Assembly: GCF_049554935.1 (NCBI RefSeq)
Contig: NZ_CP186926.1
Span: forward strand, 1,120,001 to 1,184,000
Length of the DNA: 64,000 nucleotides
Direction of reading: 5' to 3'
From: Methanocaldococcus indicus
GTDB taxonomy: Archaea > AGJL01 > Methanococci > Methanococcales > Methanocaldococcaceae
The notes below the pieces were generated by a model, which saw only the letters and a list, made by a program, of their open reading frames with translations, was not told the DNA's origin and did not search any database. This document shows positions 41,731 to 51,982 of this stretch, one piece after another. The first letter of the stretch is position 1. Each line of letters starts with the position of its first letter. Position numbers and translations under genes: made by a program.

Positions 41731-42750
41731 TCAACCTTGTTTCCATTTACTTCTATCTTCAGGTTTAACCCCAAACAAATAATTCTGTAAAGTTCCAAAT
41801 CCATAAACCAACAAAGTTATCCAGCAGGCTGGGATATGAAAGAACCAAGCTACATCTGGCTTTTTTCTATAACCTTTAATAACTTGAAATAATAACGGTA
41901 ATATAAATACCGTATAAACAATAAACTTTAAAAGTTTGCCTCTGCTAAGTGATGACCATGGATATTTTCTTAATCCCAATTTTTTATAGTATGAATAATC
42001 TTTAATCCTTCTTCTCTGTTTTCTTATAAAGGTAGATATACTACCAGAGAATATATGGATTATTCCAACTTTAACCTTAGCAAATTTGTTATATCCTTGC
42101 TTAACTAACTCATACACAACATCAATATCAAACAAATAATCATCTATTGAACATTTTTTAAGCATTTTTCTTCTTATCATAAATCCATTAGCACCAATTG
42201 TTGGTATTTCTCTCTCATTAATCTCAATTTTTAAATAATCTCCCCTATCTTCCTCTTTGATATTTAATTCTGTCCATTTGTCAGTTATCAAACAATACCT
42301 ATCATAGTTTCCCATGTATAGACATAAAGGGTCGTTCATTCCTATTAAAGCACAATATCGAGTTATATAACCATCTTCCTTTCTGTAAGTATAATAAAGC
42401 GGTTCTGAGCCAACTATTTCCTCATCTTCAATAAATGGTTTTATCATTTTTTTAAACCAATCTTTTGTTGGTAGTATATTATCAGAATCAATTAATGCAA
42501 TAATATCTCCGTTAGCTTTTTTAACTCCAACGGCTTTTCCAGCCTCCCCCGTTTTTAAAGGATTATTAAATATTTTATCCGTATATCTTCTTGCTATCTC
42601 TAAGGTTCTATCTACAGACCCTCCATCGGCAATGATTATTTCAATTTTATCCTTTGGATAATCTTGATTAACTATAGATTCCAGACACATCTCAAGAGTT
42701 TTTTCTGAGTTATATGTTGGAATAACTACTGTTATAGAGGGACACTCCAT
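41731..42750 (-). CDS. GT2 glycosyltransferase with C-terminal TM segments
   Basis: VVIPTYNS, DGGS.D.T, IDSDN. Confidence 0.9.
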   Translation of the reverse strand: MECPSITVVIPTYNSEKTLEMCLESIVNQDYPKDKIEIIIADGGSVDRTLEIARRYTDKIFNNPLKTGEAGKAVGVKKANGDIIALIDSDNILPTKDWFKKMIKPFIEDEEIVGSEPLYYTYRKEDGYITRYCALIGMNDPLCLYMGNYDRYCLITDKWTELNIKEEDRGDYLKIEINEREIPTIGANGFMIRRKMLKKCSIDDYLFDIDVVYELVKQGYNKFAKVKVGIIHIFSGSISTFIRKQRRRIKDYSYYKKLGLRKYPWSSLSRGKLLKFIVYTVFILPLLFQVIKGYRKKPDVAWFFHIPACWITLLVYGFGTLQNYLFGVKPEDRSKWKQG

Positions 42751-42778
42751 TTTTTATCAACCTCAGTTGTCTTTACTA

Positions 42779-43198
42779 TTATTTAGCACATACATATTTT
42801 TTATCAAACTTTACAAAAATCCTATAAACCAGAAAGTAACTTAAAGGATGCAATTCATAACTACTAAAATCTAATATTAAATGAGATAACAACCCAATAG
42901 AAGCCCCAAATAAACATTTAGATAAGTTAGGAAACAAAAAACCAAATAAAATTAACAAAAACACAAATTCAAGGGAATGAAATAACACAATTACTTTTCC
43001 AAACTTTTCATAAAAATGCTCAAAAATTTCTTTACTAAAGATTATTTTCTTTTTATATATCCAAAAATCTATAAGATGGTCTACATCAACAAAAAATCCA
43101 AAGATGAAACAAAATAAAGCACCATCTAAAGAACTTGTCGATACATAATATATCAATGCTAAAATAATAGACGCTATAAGATGATATTGGGGCATCAT
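42779..43198 (-). CDS. Membrane-bound metal-dependent hydrolase-like protein (YdjM/DUF457-like)
   Basis: H near the N-terminus, DVDH, FHS.E, SHLILD. Confidence 0.7.
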   Translation of the reverse strand: MMPQYHLIASIILALIYYVSTSSLDGALFCFIFGFFVDVDHLIDFWIYKKKIIFSKEIFEHFYEKFGKVIVLFHSLEFVFLLILFGFLFPNLSKCLFGASIGLLSHLILDFSSYELHPLSYFLVYRIFVKFDKKYVCAK

Positions 43199-43207
43199 AC
43201 TTCTACC

Positions 43208-44671
43208 TTAATTTGAAGGAGAAAAATCCTTTAAATGACCTATAACCTTCTTAGCCCCTCTTAATATAAATTCTAAATCTTCCTTACTTCTAATTGATAA
43301 AATCCTTCTCATCACATATTTAGGGGTTAAGAACGATTTATACAATTCTCTTGTTAATTCTTTAACATCATTATCATCTATTGGAGCTTTTATAACAAGC
43401 TTCCTCATATCGTAATCATCCCAATCATAAGTCATTAACAATCCTTGCTCCTTCATATCTTCAAACATCTTAGTCCCGGGATATGGAACAACTATAGTGG
43501 CTTGTAAAGTTGAAGCATAACCCTTCTCAAACAGCCATCTCGCTAACTTTACAGTTTTCATAGCTTCTTCTTTTGTCTCCCAAGGATAACCGACCATTAT
43601 CGTTATATGTGGCTCTAATCCAGCCTCTGAAGCCCATTTTAGCTCTTCTGTAATCCTCTCTACAGTTACTCCTTTATTTATCCTTTTCAATGTTTCATTA
43701 CTTGCAGATTCCAAACCACAGAGTATCATTCTAAATCCTGCCTTTGCTAAAAGTTCATAATCTTTTTTAGTTAATGCTCCAAATCTCATATTGCATCCAA
43801 TATATATTTCTTCGTTATAGCCCCTCTCAATTATCATATTTGCAAACTTTCTTAGCCATTCTCCTGATGGAAATGAACCTGTGTCATCAAAAATTTCTTT
43901 AACTTTATACTTTTCAATTAACATCCCAATTTCATCAACTAATAACTCTGGATTTCTTACCCTATAATTTGGATATAATGTTGTCCAAGCACAAAAACTA
44001 CATCCCCCATTCTCTCTCCACCAGCAATCTCTTCCAGCCATTGTATAAGTTCCAGGAGTTCTTTTGTAATTTCCATTTTTATATGCATAAAGCCACCATT
44101 TTGTTAAATCTCTATCTATAAATGGTAGTGAATTTAAATCATGATTTAATATAAACCTTCCAGTATTTTTTATATGCCCATCTTCATCCTTATAATAAAA
44201 CCCAGGTTCAAGGTTATCCTTTCCTTCCAACCATTTAACCAAATTTAAAAGCATAAAATCATAGTCTCCACCAGTTATTACAAAATCTACTTTAGAATTT
44301 TCAAATGACTCTAACGGCAATGCAGTAACATGATCACCCATCAAAACTATCTTAGTTTTTGGCAGATATTCTTTTAACTCGTTAATTATTTTCCAATGTT
44401 TTTTAACCACGGGAGTTTTTGTTTCTATCGCTATAATATCAGGTTCTTCATTTATAATATCATTTAACCATTTATCATAGCTTTTTTCTTCAGCAATTCC
44501 ATCATCCCAAACCACATCATAACCATTATGCTTTAATAGAGTTGCCGCATAAGCTGGGACCATAGGATATATATAAGTAGGCTCACTAAACCATTGAAAT
44601 TGCCTATTTTGTGAAAGTAACGGAACTCCTTTTTCACTTTCCAATGGAGGGTAAGATATACTAATTTTCAT
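43208..44671 (-). CDS. B12-binding domain radical SAM protein
   Basis: N-terminal cobalamin-binding-like domain (G.H.T..P), CWWRENGGCSFC, DDT, GLES, PYPGT. Confidence 0.88.
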   Translation of the reverse strand: MKISISYPPLESEKGVPLLSQNRQFQWFSEPTYIYPMVPAYAATLLKHNGYDVVWDDGIAEEKSYDKWLNDIINEEPDIIAIETKTPVVKKHWKIINELKEYLPKTKIVLMGDHVTALPLESFENSKVDFVITGGDYDFMLLNLVKWLEGKDNLEPGFYYKDEDGHIKNTGRFILNHDLNSLPFIDRDLTKWWLYAYKNGNYKRTPGTYTMAGRDCWWRENGGCSFCAWTTLYPNYRVRNPELLVDEIGMLIEKYKVKEIFDDTGSFPSGEWLRKFANMIIERGYNEEIYIGCNMRFGALTKKDYELLAKAGFRMILCGLESASNETLKRINKGVTVERITEELKWASEAGLEPHITIMVGYPWETKEEAMKTVKLARWLFEKGYASTLQATIVVPYPGTKMFEDMKEQGLLMTYDWDDYDMRKLVIKAPIDDNDVKELTRELYKSFLTPKYVMRRILSIRSKEDLEFILRGAKKVIGHLKDFSPSN

Positions 44672-44674
44672 AAA

Positions 44675-45655
44675 TTACCACCTTTTTCTTAAATCTTTCT
44701 TTAATAATCCAATAATAAACCCAATACCATAAACCAAGTGTGTGAGTATAATCCCAATCCAAGTTAATATTAACAATTTAGGAGATTTGGTTTGGTCTAA
44801 TGCCGCTACAAATGCTAAAATAACATACACCAACATTATTAAAGACATGAACAGGGCAATATACTTCACTATAGGCAGATATAAAGCTAATATCAAACTA
44901 ACAATCCAAAACACAAACATGCCCACCAACAGGGAGGGAACTATATAAATTAATTTTCTTGAATTTTCTGGAAATTTCTTAAAGAAATGTCCTCTGTGCA
45001 ACCCAAATCTATATACCTGTCTTAGATGTGGAATAAACAACGGTCTTCTGTGATGATAAACTATAACATCAGGAGCCTCTATCATTTTAAACCCCAATTT
45101 TTTTATTTCTAAGCATATTAAAGTATCTTCTCCAGGCCAGTATTCTTCATTCCATCTAACTTTTTCAAATATTTCTTTTTTTACTATAAAGTTACACGAG
45201 TGGATATCATCAGATTCGTAAGGTTTCCCCATCTTGTATCTATTTTTTAATCCCCCCATCAAAAATGATGAATATATGTATCCACTAACTTTCTGCATAT
45301 CACTATCTTCAGGAGGCGTTATTCCAGGTCCCCCCACAGCAGCCACTTTAGGATCTTTTAAATATTTAACAGCATTTTTCAGCCAATCTTTTATAGGATA
45401 CGCATCATCATCTATAAAAGCTACAATATTTCCAGAAGAATTTTCTACACCAATATTCCTTTTCTTTCCTGGAGACGCTTTCCCAGTAGGTATTATTTTT
45501 ACATCTTTATCGTCTACTATATCCTCATTATTTATATAATCTGGTAAGACAATAATTTCAAAATCTGGATAATTTAATTCTTTACATTTTCTAATACAAT
45601 CTTTCGCATATTTATTAATATTTTTACATGGGATGATAATAGAAACTTTATCCAT
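44675..45655 (-). CDS. GT2 glycosyltransferase with C-terminal TM segments
   Basis: SIIIP, KRN.G, FIDDDA, GED, VYHHRR. Confidence 0.9.
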   Translation of the reverse strand: MDKVSIIIPCKNINKYAKDCIRKCKELNYPDFEIIVLPDYINNEDIVDDKDVKIIPTGKASPGKKRNIGVENSSGNIVAFIDDDAYPIKDWLKNAVKYLKDPKVAAVGGPGITPPEDSDMQKVSGYIYSSFLMGGLKNRYKMGKPYESDDIHSCNFIVKKEIFEKVRWNEEYWPGEDTLICLEIKKLGFKMIEAPDVIVYHHRRPLFIPHLRQVYRFGLHRGHFFKKFPENSRKLIYIVPSLLVGMFVFWIVSLILALYLPIVKYIALFMSLIMLVYVILAFVAALDQTKSPKLLILTWIGIILTHLVYGIGFIIGLLKKDLRKRW

Positions 45656-45672
45656 ATACCTTAACCTCCTAA

Positions 45673-46375
45673 GACACTGTCAAGTTAACGACTTCAACCA
45701 ATTGTAGAACATCATGAAACTTTTAATCCAGCTAACAACTGTATCGAATTTGCTGTTATTAGGAAACCTATTATAAAATGCTTTAGTTCTTCGTTTGAGT
45801 AGTGAGAAAAAGCTTTCTACACAATTTCTCAGTCCGAATCTGACTCTTTCAAATTCTAAACCCAATCTTTGCAATGCCCACGGATACCATCTTCCACCAT
45901 CGACCAAAATCTTCGGCTTATTAGAGCAAAATTTTAATATGCTCTTAACGAATAATATAGTATCGAGGTAGTTTCTTGTTTCAGAAACATAAACTCCCAA
46001 GCACTCTTTCGATTCAACATCAATAGCAGACCATACGTAAATAACTTCATTTCCAATCTTTAGTTTGGTCTCATCGATTGCAATTGCGTATCTTTCCTTT
46101 CTTTCAGGTTCGTTTAAAACCTCTTTAACCTTGTGATAATAAGTCCTAACCGACTCATGGCTTATACTTTCGAATTGGGAAAGAAACAAACTTACTTTCC
46201 TCAACGATAGTCCAAAGTAATACAAAATCCCAGCTAAGATTTTAACTTCTATCGACTTCTTATTCCTTTTAAAAATCTTCTCCTCTTCGATTCTCTCCTT
46301 TAAGACTTCTATCGTGAGCTTCATATTTTACTATTTTTTATCGATATATTAATAAAAGCTTAACTTGACACTCTC
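45673..46375 (-). mobile_element. IS6 family element, copy 1 (intact 214-aa transposase 45680-46324)
   Basis: Imperfect IRs gacactgtcaagttaa / gagagtgtcaagttaa; IDETK, AID, VDGG..Y, N.VE..F..LK DDE motifs. Confidence 0.93.
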
Positions 46376-46397
46376 ACTATAGTAAGGTTAATATATA

Positions 46398-47302
46398 TTA
46401 GTCAAAAATATATATTTTATCATTTAATAAATAGCCCCAATATTTAAGGTTATATGTGATTGTGAAGAGTAAGAGCTTAACGCTTAAACCTTTCTTGCTT
46501 ACAGCTCGAATATGCTTAGGGAACATTGTAACTAACTCTGAGAAGTTAGTTTCGATGCTTTTTTTCAACTTATTCAATATTTTATACTTTTTTCTCTCTA
46601 CAAACAATTTAATCATGTTTTTTCTTTTTATCGCTTCGAAATAAACTTTTCCATTTCTTAATAAATTTTCAAAACCTTTATCCATATAACCTTTATCTCC
46701 GATTATACTACAGTTCATAAATTCTCGAATAAACCATCTGAAATTTTTCTTTTAAAATATCTAAGTCGTGTTGATTTGCAGGATTAATGAATATCAGCAT
46801 TAGATATAAACCATCGGTGATATAAGTTGCTTTATATCTAAAATAATAACGTTTTTTTGATGCATTAAACCCGACTGTTCCATCTTTTTTAATTAACATT
46901 GATTTTCCTCTTTTATTATGTCTGTTTTTTCTTACAAGTTCTTTCGTTTCAATTGGAATTGTATCTATAAATAACAAACAGTTTTTTGTTTAAAAAGACC
47001 CTCTGAATTTCAAATAATAGTTCTTCATATCTACTTAATCGTTCAACTAATTTGTTGTATCTTATTTTCGGAAATAACCCCAACTCTTCGATTAAAAATT
47101 CATATCCCTTTTTATACACCCACCGAAGTATACCATACAATAGAACCGAAAAGATTATTAAGTCCAAGAAAGATATTTTTTCTCTGCGGGTGTATGGCGA
47201 TTTATATTTAGTAACTATCAGGTGAAACTTAGTCCGCATAAGTTTTATTAAACGCTTAATCTTCGGAATTTTTGATTTATCGGTGATATTATCACCTCCC
47301 AA
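46398..47302 (-). pseudogene. IS982-like transposase broken into three frames
   Basis: IDT.PI, G....K.RYYF.YK, PAN.HD, GDKGY, R.NM, IET.FS; a 12-bp direct repeat taaggttaatat flanks it at 46383 and 47366. Confidence 0.75.
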
Positions 47303-47399
47303 TATTTTTTGTAGTAATCTATAATTACATAAAATTATATATAAATATATCTGTTTGATGGGAACTAAGGTTAATATTTTTATCAGAGACTGTTGGAAA

Positions 47400-47453
47400 C
47401 AAAAGCTTTATGATGTTTTACAATAAGGATGATGTCGGTAACTTGACAGTGTC
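47400..47453 (+). mobile_element. Diverged IS6 right-end remnant
   Basis: aaaagctttatgatgttttacaat...taacttgacagtgtc aligns with the transposase 3' end and IR of the full IS6 copies. Confidence 0.75.
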
Positions 47454-47482
47454 TTATAAGATTATAAACTTAGGGGATTTAA

Positions 47483-48808
47483 ATGAAAATTTCAGTTATT
47501 GGAACTGGATATGTTGGTATAATACAAGCAGTTGGTTTAGCAGAGTTTGGTTTTGAAGTTGTAGGAATAGATATTGATGAATCAAAAGTTAAAGCATTAA
47601 ATAGTGGAGAATGTCCTTTGTATGAAGAAGGATTAGAAGAGCTATTAAAAAAACATGTAAATAAAAATTTAACTTTTACAACATCTTATGAGCCAATAAA
47701 AGACTCTGAAGTTATATTTTTATGTGTTGGGACTCCACAAGATAAAGATGGTAATGCTGATTTAAGATTTTTATTTTCAGCAGTTGAAAAAATAAAAGAA
47801 ACAATAGATAAAGAAGATTATAAAGTTATTGTTATAAAATCTACTGTTCCAGTAGGAACAAATAGGAAAGTGAAAGAACTCTTAAGAGGTTATAATGTTG
47901 ATGTTGTTTCAAATCCTGAATTTTTAAGGGAAGGAATTGCTGTTTATGACTTTTTCAATCCAGAGAGAATAATTTTAGGATTTGAAAGTTTAGATAAGAA
48001 AAAGCCAATTGAGATTATGAAAAAAGTTTATAATTATTTTGAAGGGAAAAATGTTCCATTTGTAATAACAAATTGGGAAACAGCAGAGTTAATAAAATAT
48101 GCATCAAATGCATTCTTAGCAACAAAAATATCATTCATAAATGAGATAGCAAAATTAGCAGATAAAGTAGGAGCTGATATAAAAAACATAAGCTATGCTA
48201 TGGGATTAGACCCAAGAATCGGTAATAAGTTCTTAAATGCTGGAATTGGTTATGGTGGAAGCTGTTTCCCCAAGGATGTCAAAGCATTAATAAAACAATT
48301 TGAAAACAATAATATAGAGCCGATATTAATTAAAGCTACGGATAGAGTTAATGAAGAACAAATAAAATGGTTCTTTGAGAAAATTAAAAATTACTATGGA
48401 AATTTAAATGGAAAGACCTTTGCTATCTTAGGTTTGGCTTTTAAACCAAATACTGATGATTTGAGAGAAAGTAGGGCTATAAAATTGATAGATATGGTTT
48501 TAGATAGTGGAGCAATTGTTAAAGGGTTTGATTATGTGGAAAAAGCAAGAGAAAATACAACTAATATGTATAAATTGAATAAGTCAAAGGCATTTTACGG
48601 CTATAATTTGTATGTGTTGGATGACTTGTATGAGACAGTTAAAGATGTCGATGGAATAATAATAACTGTTGAGTATGATTTTAATAAAGAAGATTGGGAA
48701 AAAATTGCAAATTTAGTTAAAGAAAAAGTTGTATTTGATGGAAGAAATGTTTTGGATGTTAAAAAGATTAAAAAATTAGGATTCAAATATTATGGGGTGG
48801 GTAGATGA
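47483..48808 (+). CDS. ugd: UDP-glucose 6-dehydrogenase family protein
   Basis: GTGYVG, CVGTP, KSTVPVGT, NPEFLREG, GYGGSCFPKD, GLAFKPNTDD.RES, DGRN. Confidence 0.94.
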   Translation: MKISVIGTGYVGIIQAVGLAEFGFEVVGIDIDESKVKALNSGECPLYEEGLEELLKKHVNKNLTFTTSYEPIKDSEVIFLCVGTPQDKDGNADLRFLFSAVEKIKETIDKEDYKVIVIKSTVPVGTNRKVKELLRGYNVDVVSNPEFLREGIAVYDFFNPERIILGFESLDKKKPIEIMKKVYNYFEGKNVPFVITNWETAELIKYASNAFLATKISFINEIAKLADKVGADIKNISYAMGLDPRIGNKFLNAGIGYGGSCFPKDVKALIKQFENNNIEPILIKATDRVNEEQIKWFFEKIKNYYGNLNGKTFAILGLAFKPNTDDLRESRAIKLIDMVLDSGAIVKGFDYVEKARENTTNMYKLNKSKAFYGYNLYVLDDLYETVKDVDGIIITVEYDFNKEDWEKIANLVKEKVVFDGRNVLDVKKIKKLGFKYYGVGR

Positions 48809-48873
48809 AAACAATAAACTTTATTTAATTAATAGTAAATTCTTCATTTCCCATATTTAGTACTGGAATAGTA

Positions 48874-49575
48874 GAGAGTGTCAAGTTAAGCTTTTATTAA
48901 TAATTGATAAAAAATAATAAAATATAAAGCTCACGATAGAAGTCTTAAAGGAGAGAATCGAAGAGGAGAAGATTTTTAAAAGGAATAAGAAGTCGATAGA
49001 AGTTAAAATCTTAGCTGGGATTTTGTATTATCTTGGACTATCGTTGAGGAAGGTAAGTTTGTTTCGTTCCCAATTCGAAAGTATAAGCCATGAGTCGGTT
49101 AGGACTTATTATCACAAGATTAAAGATGTTTTAAACGAACCTGAAAGAAAGGAAAGATACGCAATTGCAATCGATGAGACCAAACTAAAGATTGGAAATG
49201 AAAATATTTACGTATGGTCTGCTATTGATGTTGAATCGAAAGAGTGCTTGGGAGTTTATGTTTCTGAAACAAGAAACTGCCTCGATACTATATTATTCGT
49301 TAAGAGTATATTAAAATTTTGCTCTAATAAGCCGAAGATTTTGGTCGATGGTGGAAGATGGTATCCGTGGGCATTGCAAAGATTGGGTTTAGAATTTGAA
49401 AGAGTCAGATTCGGACTGAGAAATTGTGTAGAAAGCTTTTTCTCACTACTCAAACGAAGAACTAAAGCATTTTATAATAGGTTTCCTAATAACAGCAAAT
49501 TCGATACAGTTGTTAGCTGGATTAAAAGTTTCATGATGTTCTACAATTGGTTGAAGTCGTTAACTTGACAGTGTC
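48874..49575 (+). mobile_element. IS6 family element, copy 2 (transposase start ATG>ATA at 48924; probably non-autonomous)
   Basis: Near-identical to copies 1 and 3 with the same IRs; aatataaagctc in place of aatatgaagctc. Confidence 0.92.
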
Positions 49576-50277
49576 TGTAGATATATTAAAAGATTATTTA
49601 GATGAAGATGATTATATTGAGTTATTATCAAAAACTAAGAGTAAAGAAGAATCAATAAAAAGAATAATCAATAGTGGGCTAAGTAGAAGCAAAAAATTTG
49701 AATTACTTTTGTCAATAGATAAAGATGAAGCTATAAAATATGCCACTAAAAATAGGTTGTATAATGACCTCATTAAATATTATTATTTTGCTAATGAATA
49801 TGATAAAGTCGTTGAATTATTTAGAAAATATAAATTCAGATACATCCCAAACATTATATATGATGTCAATTATTAAAGTGAATCCTGAGGATAAAGATGA
49901 TTTATTAAGAAAACTATTCAAATATGCAGATTCATATACTAAATATTACATTGCTATGGAATTAAATGATAAAGAATTATTGCTTAAAACCTATAAAGAG
50001 TTAGTTAAATATGATATTCATAGACATGAATTAATAAATGTAATAAGAAAACTTTTATTAGATTATGATGAGAAATCCATAATTCCCAATAATAAAAAAT
50101 TTGATTTATAAATATATTGATGAAAAGACACAGTTTGGTTATGAATCTGCTGTTTCTTTATTAGAGATTCTAAAGGAACATGATGAAGATGAATTTAAAA
50201 ATCTTTTAGAAGAAATAAAAAAGAATCACTTTAGAAAAAGAAATTTAATGTCACTAATATCAAAAAAGGGCCGGTAA
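49576..50277 (+). pseudogene. 5'-truncated, frameshifted helical-repeat protein gene
   Basis: Coding-like fragments in successive frames right after the IS end, finishing ...HFRKRNLMSLISKKGR. Confidence 0.5.
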
Positions 50278-50309
50278 ATATGTAATAAAAAATTTAAAAA
50301 TTCACTATT

Positions 50310-50560
50310 TATCAATAAATTTTTTGATATATAGATAGTAGAAGAGTTTATAAAGGAAAATAAGCAGAGAATTGAACAAAAATTTAAGGATGAAAGGATA
50401 GTTATAAAGAAGGAGTTAAAGGATGAGTTGAGGTATGAGTTAGCAGCTAAGGAGGATGTTTTATTAACTAAAACAGAACTTAAAAAAGATATTGATTTAG
50501 TTAGGTGGGATATGATAATAATAGCATTACCAGAGATTATTGGTAAATTTTTTAGTTGAT
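50310..50560 (+). pseudogene. Remnant of a coiled-coil ELATKED-type protein gene
   Basis: DELRYELAAKEDVLLTKTELKKDIDLVR resembles the 52880-53161 product; no clean start. Confidence 0.45.
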
Positions 50561-50576
50561 TATAGGGTGATAAATA

Positions 50577-51020
50577 ATGGATGAAGAAAAATTAAATAAA
50601 ATCTTAAATGAATTTTTAGAAAGATGTAAAGAAAAATTTGGTGATAATTTAATATCAATAGTTTTATTTGGTTCTTATGCAAAAGGGACAGCAACTGAAT
50701 ATTCCGATATTGATTTATTAGTTATTGCTAATAACTTGCCAAAAAGAAGAATTGATAGGTATAAAATTATAAAAGATATTGACTTAGAGTTTCTTAAAAA
50801 ATATCACATAACCATATCTCCAATTTTAATTAAGCCAGAAGAATTATCAACTAAATCAATAAGTCCATTAATTTATGGTATTTTAACTGGTTATAAGGTT
50901 ATTTATGACAAAAACAATTTTTGGAATAATTATATTGAAAAAATAAGGCCGATTATAAAAAAAGATGGGGCCATTTATGTTGAGAGGGATAAAGAATGGA
51001 AGATAGCAGAGTTAATTTAA
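50577..51020 (+). CDS. Minimal nucleotidyltransferase (MNT) antitoxin
   Basis: LFGSYAKG...EYSDIDLLV. Confidence 0.92.
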   Translation: MDEEKLNKILNEFLERCKEKFGDNLISIVLFGSYAKGTATEYSDIDLLVIANNLPKRRIDRYKIIKDIDLEFLKKYHITISPILIKPEELSTKSISPLIYGILTGYKVIYDKNNFWNNYIEKIRPIIKKDGAIYVERDKEWKIAELI

Positions 51021-51436
51021 GCAAATACTTTTTATCTATGGCAGAAGAAGATTTAGAAATTGCCAAAATTTTGTTAGAAACAAAACATTATGCTGGCTCT
51101 GTCTTTCACTCTCAACAGTGTATTGAAAAAGGTATTAAATCTGTCTTAATCTTATTTGGAATTTTTATAAAAACACACTACGTCTCAAATTTACTGGTTA
51201 GGAATTTGGATAAGTTTGATGAATATTGGAAAGAGAGGTTTGATAGCTTATTACCTATAATAAGGGAATTAGAAAGACATTGGGCTTTGCCTCGCTATCC
51301 TGAACCAATGGGGGAAGAAGTGTGGAATCCACTGGATAATTATACCAAAGAAGATGCAGAAGAATGTCTTAAAAATGCAGAGTATGTTTTAAAGGTTGTT
51401 AAGGAGTTTTTAAAAGAAAAATATGATTTAGAGTAA
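50996..51436 (+). CDS. HEPN domain protein (MNT-HEPN pair)
   Basis: AEEDL..A, F..QQ..EK..K, KTH, RYP, A...L..A. Confidence 0.9.
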   Translation: MEDSRVNLSKYFLSMAEEDLEIAKILLETKHYAGSVFHSQQCIEKGIKSVLILFGIFIKTHYVSNLLVRNLDKFDEYWKERFDSLLPIIRELERHWALPRYPEPMGEEVWNPLDNYTKEDAEECLKNAEYVLKVVKEFLKEKYDLE

Positions 51437-51490
51437 AATTATACAATATATGCTCCTGAAAATATTAAAATATTACCACATAAAATAGGT

Positions 51491-51982
51491 ATGAGTATGA
51501 TAATTAAGAATAGGGAATTATTAGAAAAGATAATTAAAGAGTTAAAAAGCCAAAATCTAAAAATCATCTTTACTAATGGATGTTTTGATATAATTCATAG
51601 GGGACATGTAGAATATTTAAATAAATCAAAGAAGCTGGGAGATGTTTTAATAGTTGGGATAAATTCAGATGAATCAATAAAAAAGATAAAAGGTAATAAA
51701 AGACCAATAATTCCTCTATACTCCAGAGCTTATGTTTTAGATAACTTAAAGGCTGTTGATTTTGTAGTTCCTTTTGATGAAGAAACTCCAATAGAGTTGA
51801 TAAAAATCATTAAGCCAGATGTTCATGTGAAAGGAGGAGATTATAAAGAAGAAGATTTACCTGAAGCTAAAATTGTTAAAAGTTATGGTGGAAAAATAAA
51901 AATAATTCCTTTAATTGATGGTTTTTCAACAACAAAAATAATAGATTGGGTTTTAGAGAAATACAAAGAGGGGAAAAAATGA
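51491..51982 (+). CDS. hldC: D-glycero-beta-D-manno-heptose 1-phosphate adenylyltransferase
   Basis: FTNGCFDIIHRGH, G.NSD.S...KG..RP, F.E.TP, KGGDY, STT. Confidence 0.92.
   Translation: MSMIIKNRELLEKIIKELKSQNLKIIFTNGCFDIIHRGHVEYLNKSKKLGDVLIVGINSDESIKKIKGNKRPIIPLYSRAYVLDNLKAVDFVVPFDEETPIELIKIIKPDVHVKGGDYKEEDLPEAKIVKSYGGKIKIIPLIDGFSTTKIIDWVLEKYKEGKK

Noticed and set aside
46383-47377. 12-bp direct repeat taaggttaatat as a firm target-site duplication of the IS982-like element
   Set aside because: AT-rich, and convincing terminal inverted repeats could not be identified next to both copies; kept only as weak evidence
49547-49876. ORFs starting [10 protein letters not shown] (here and at 62584)
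   Set aside because: The shared N-terminus is IS6 terminal sequence fused to truncated genes, not a real protein family
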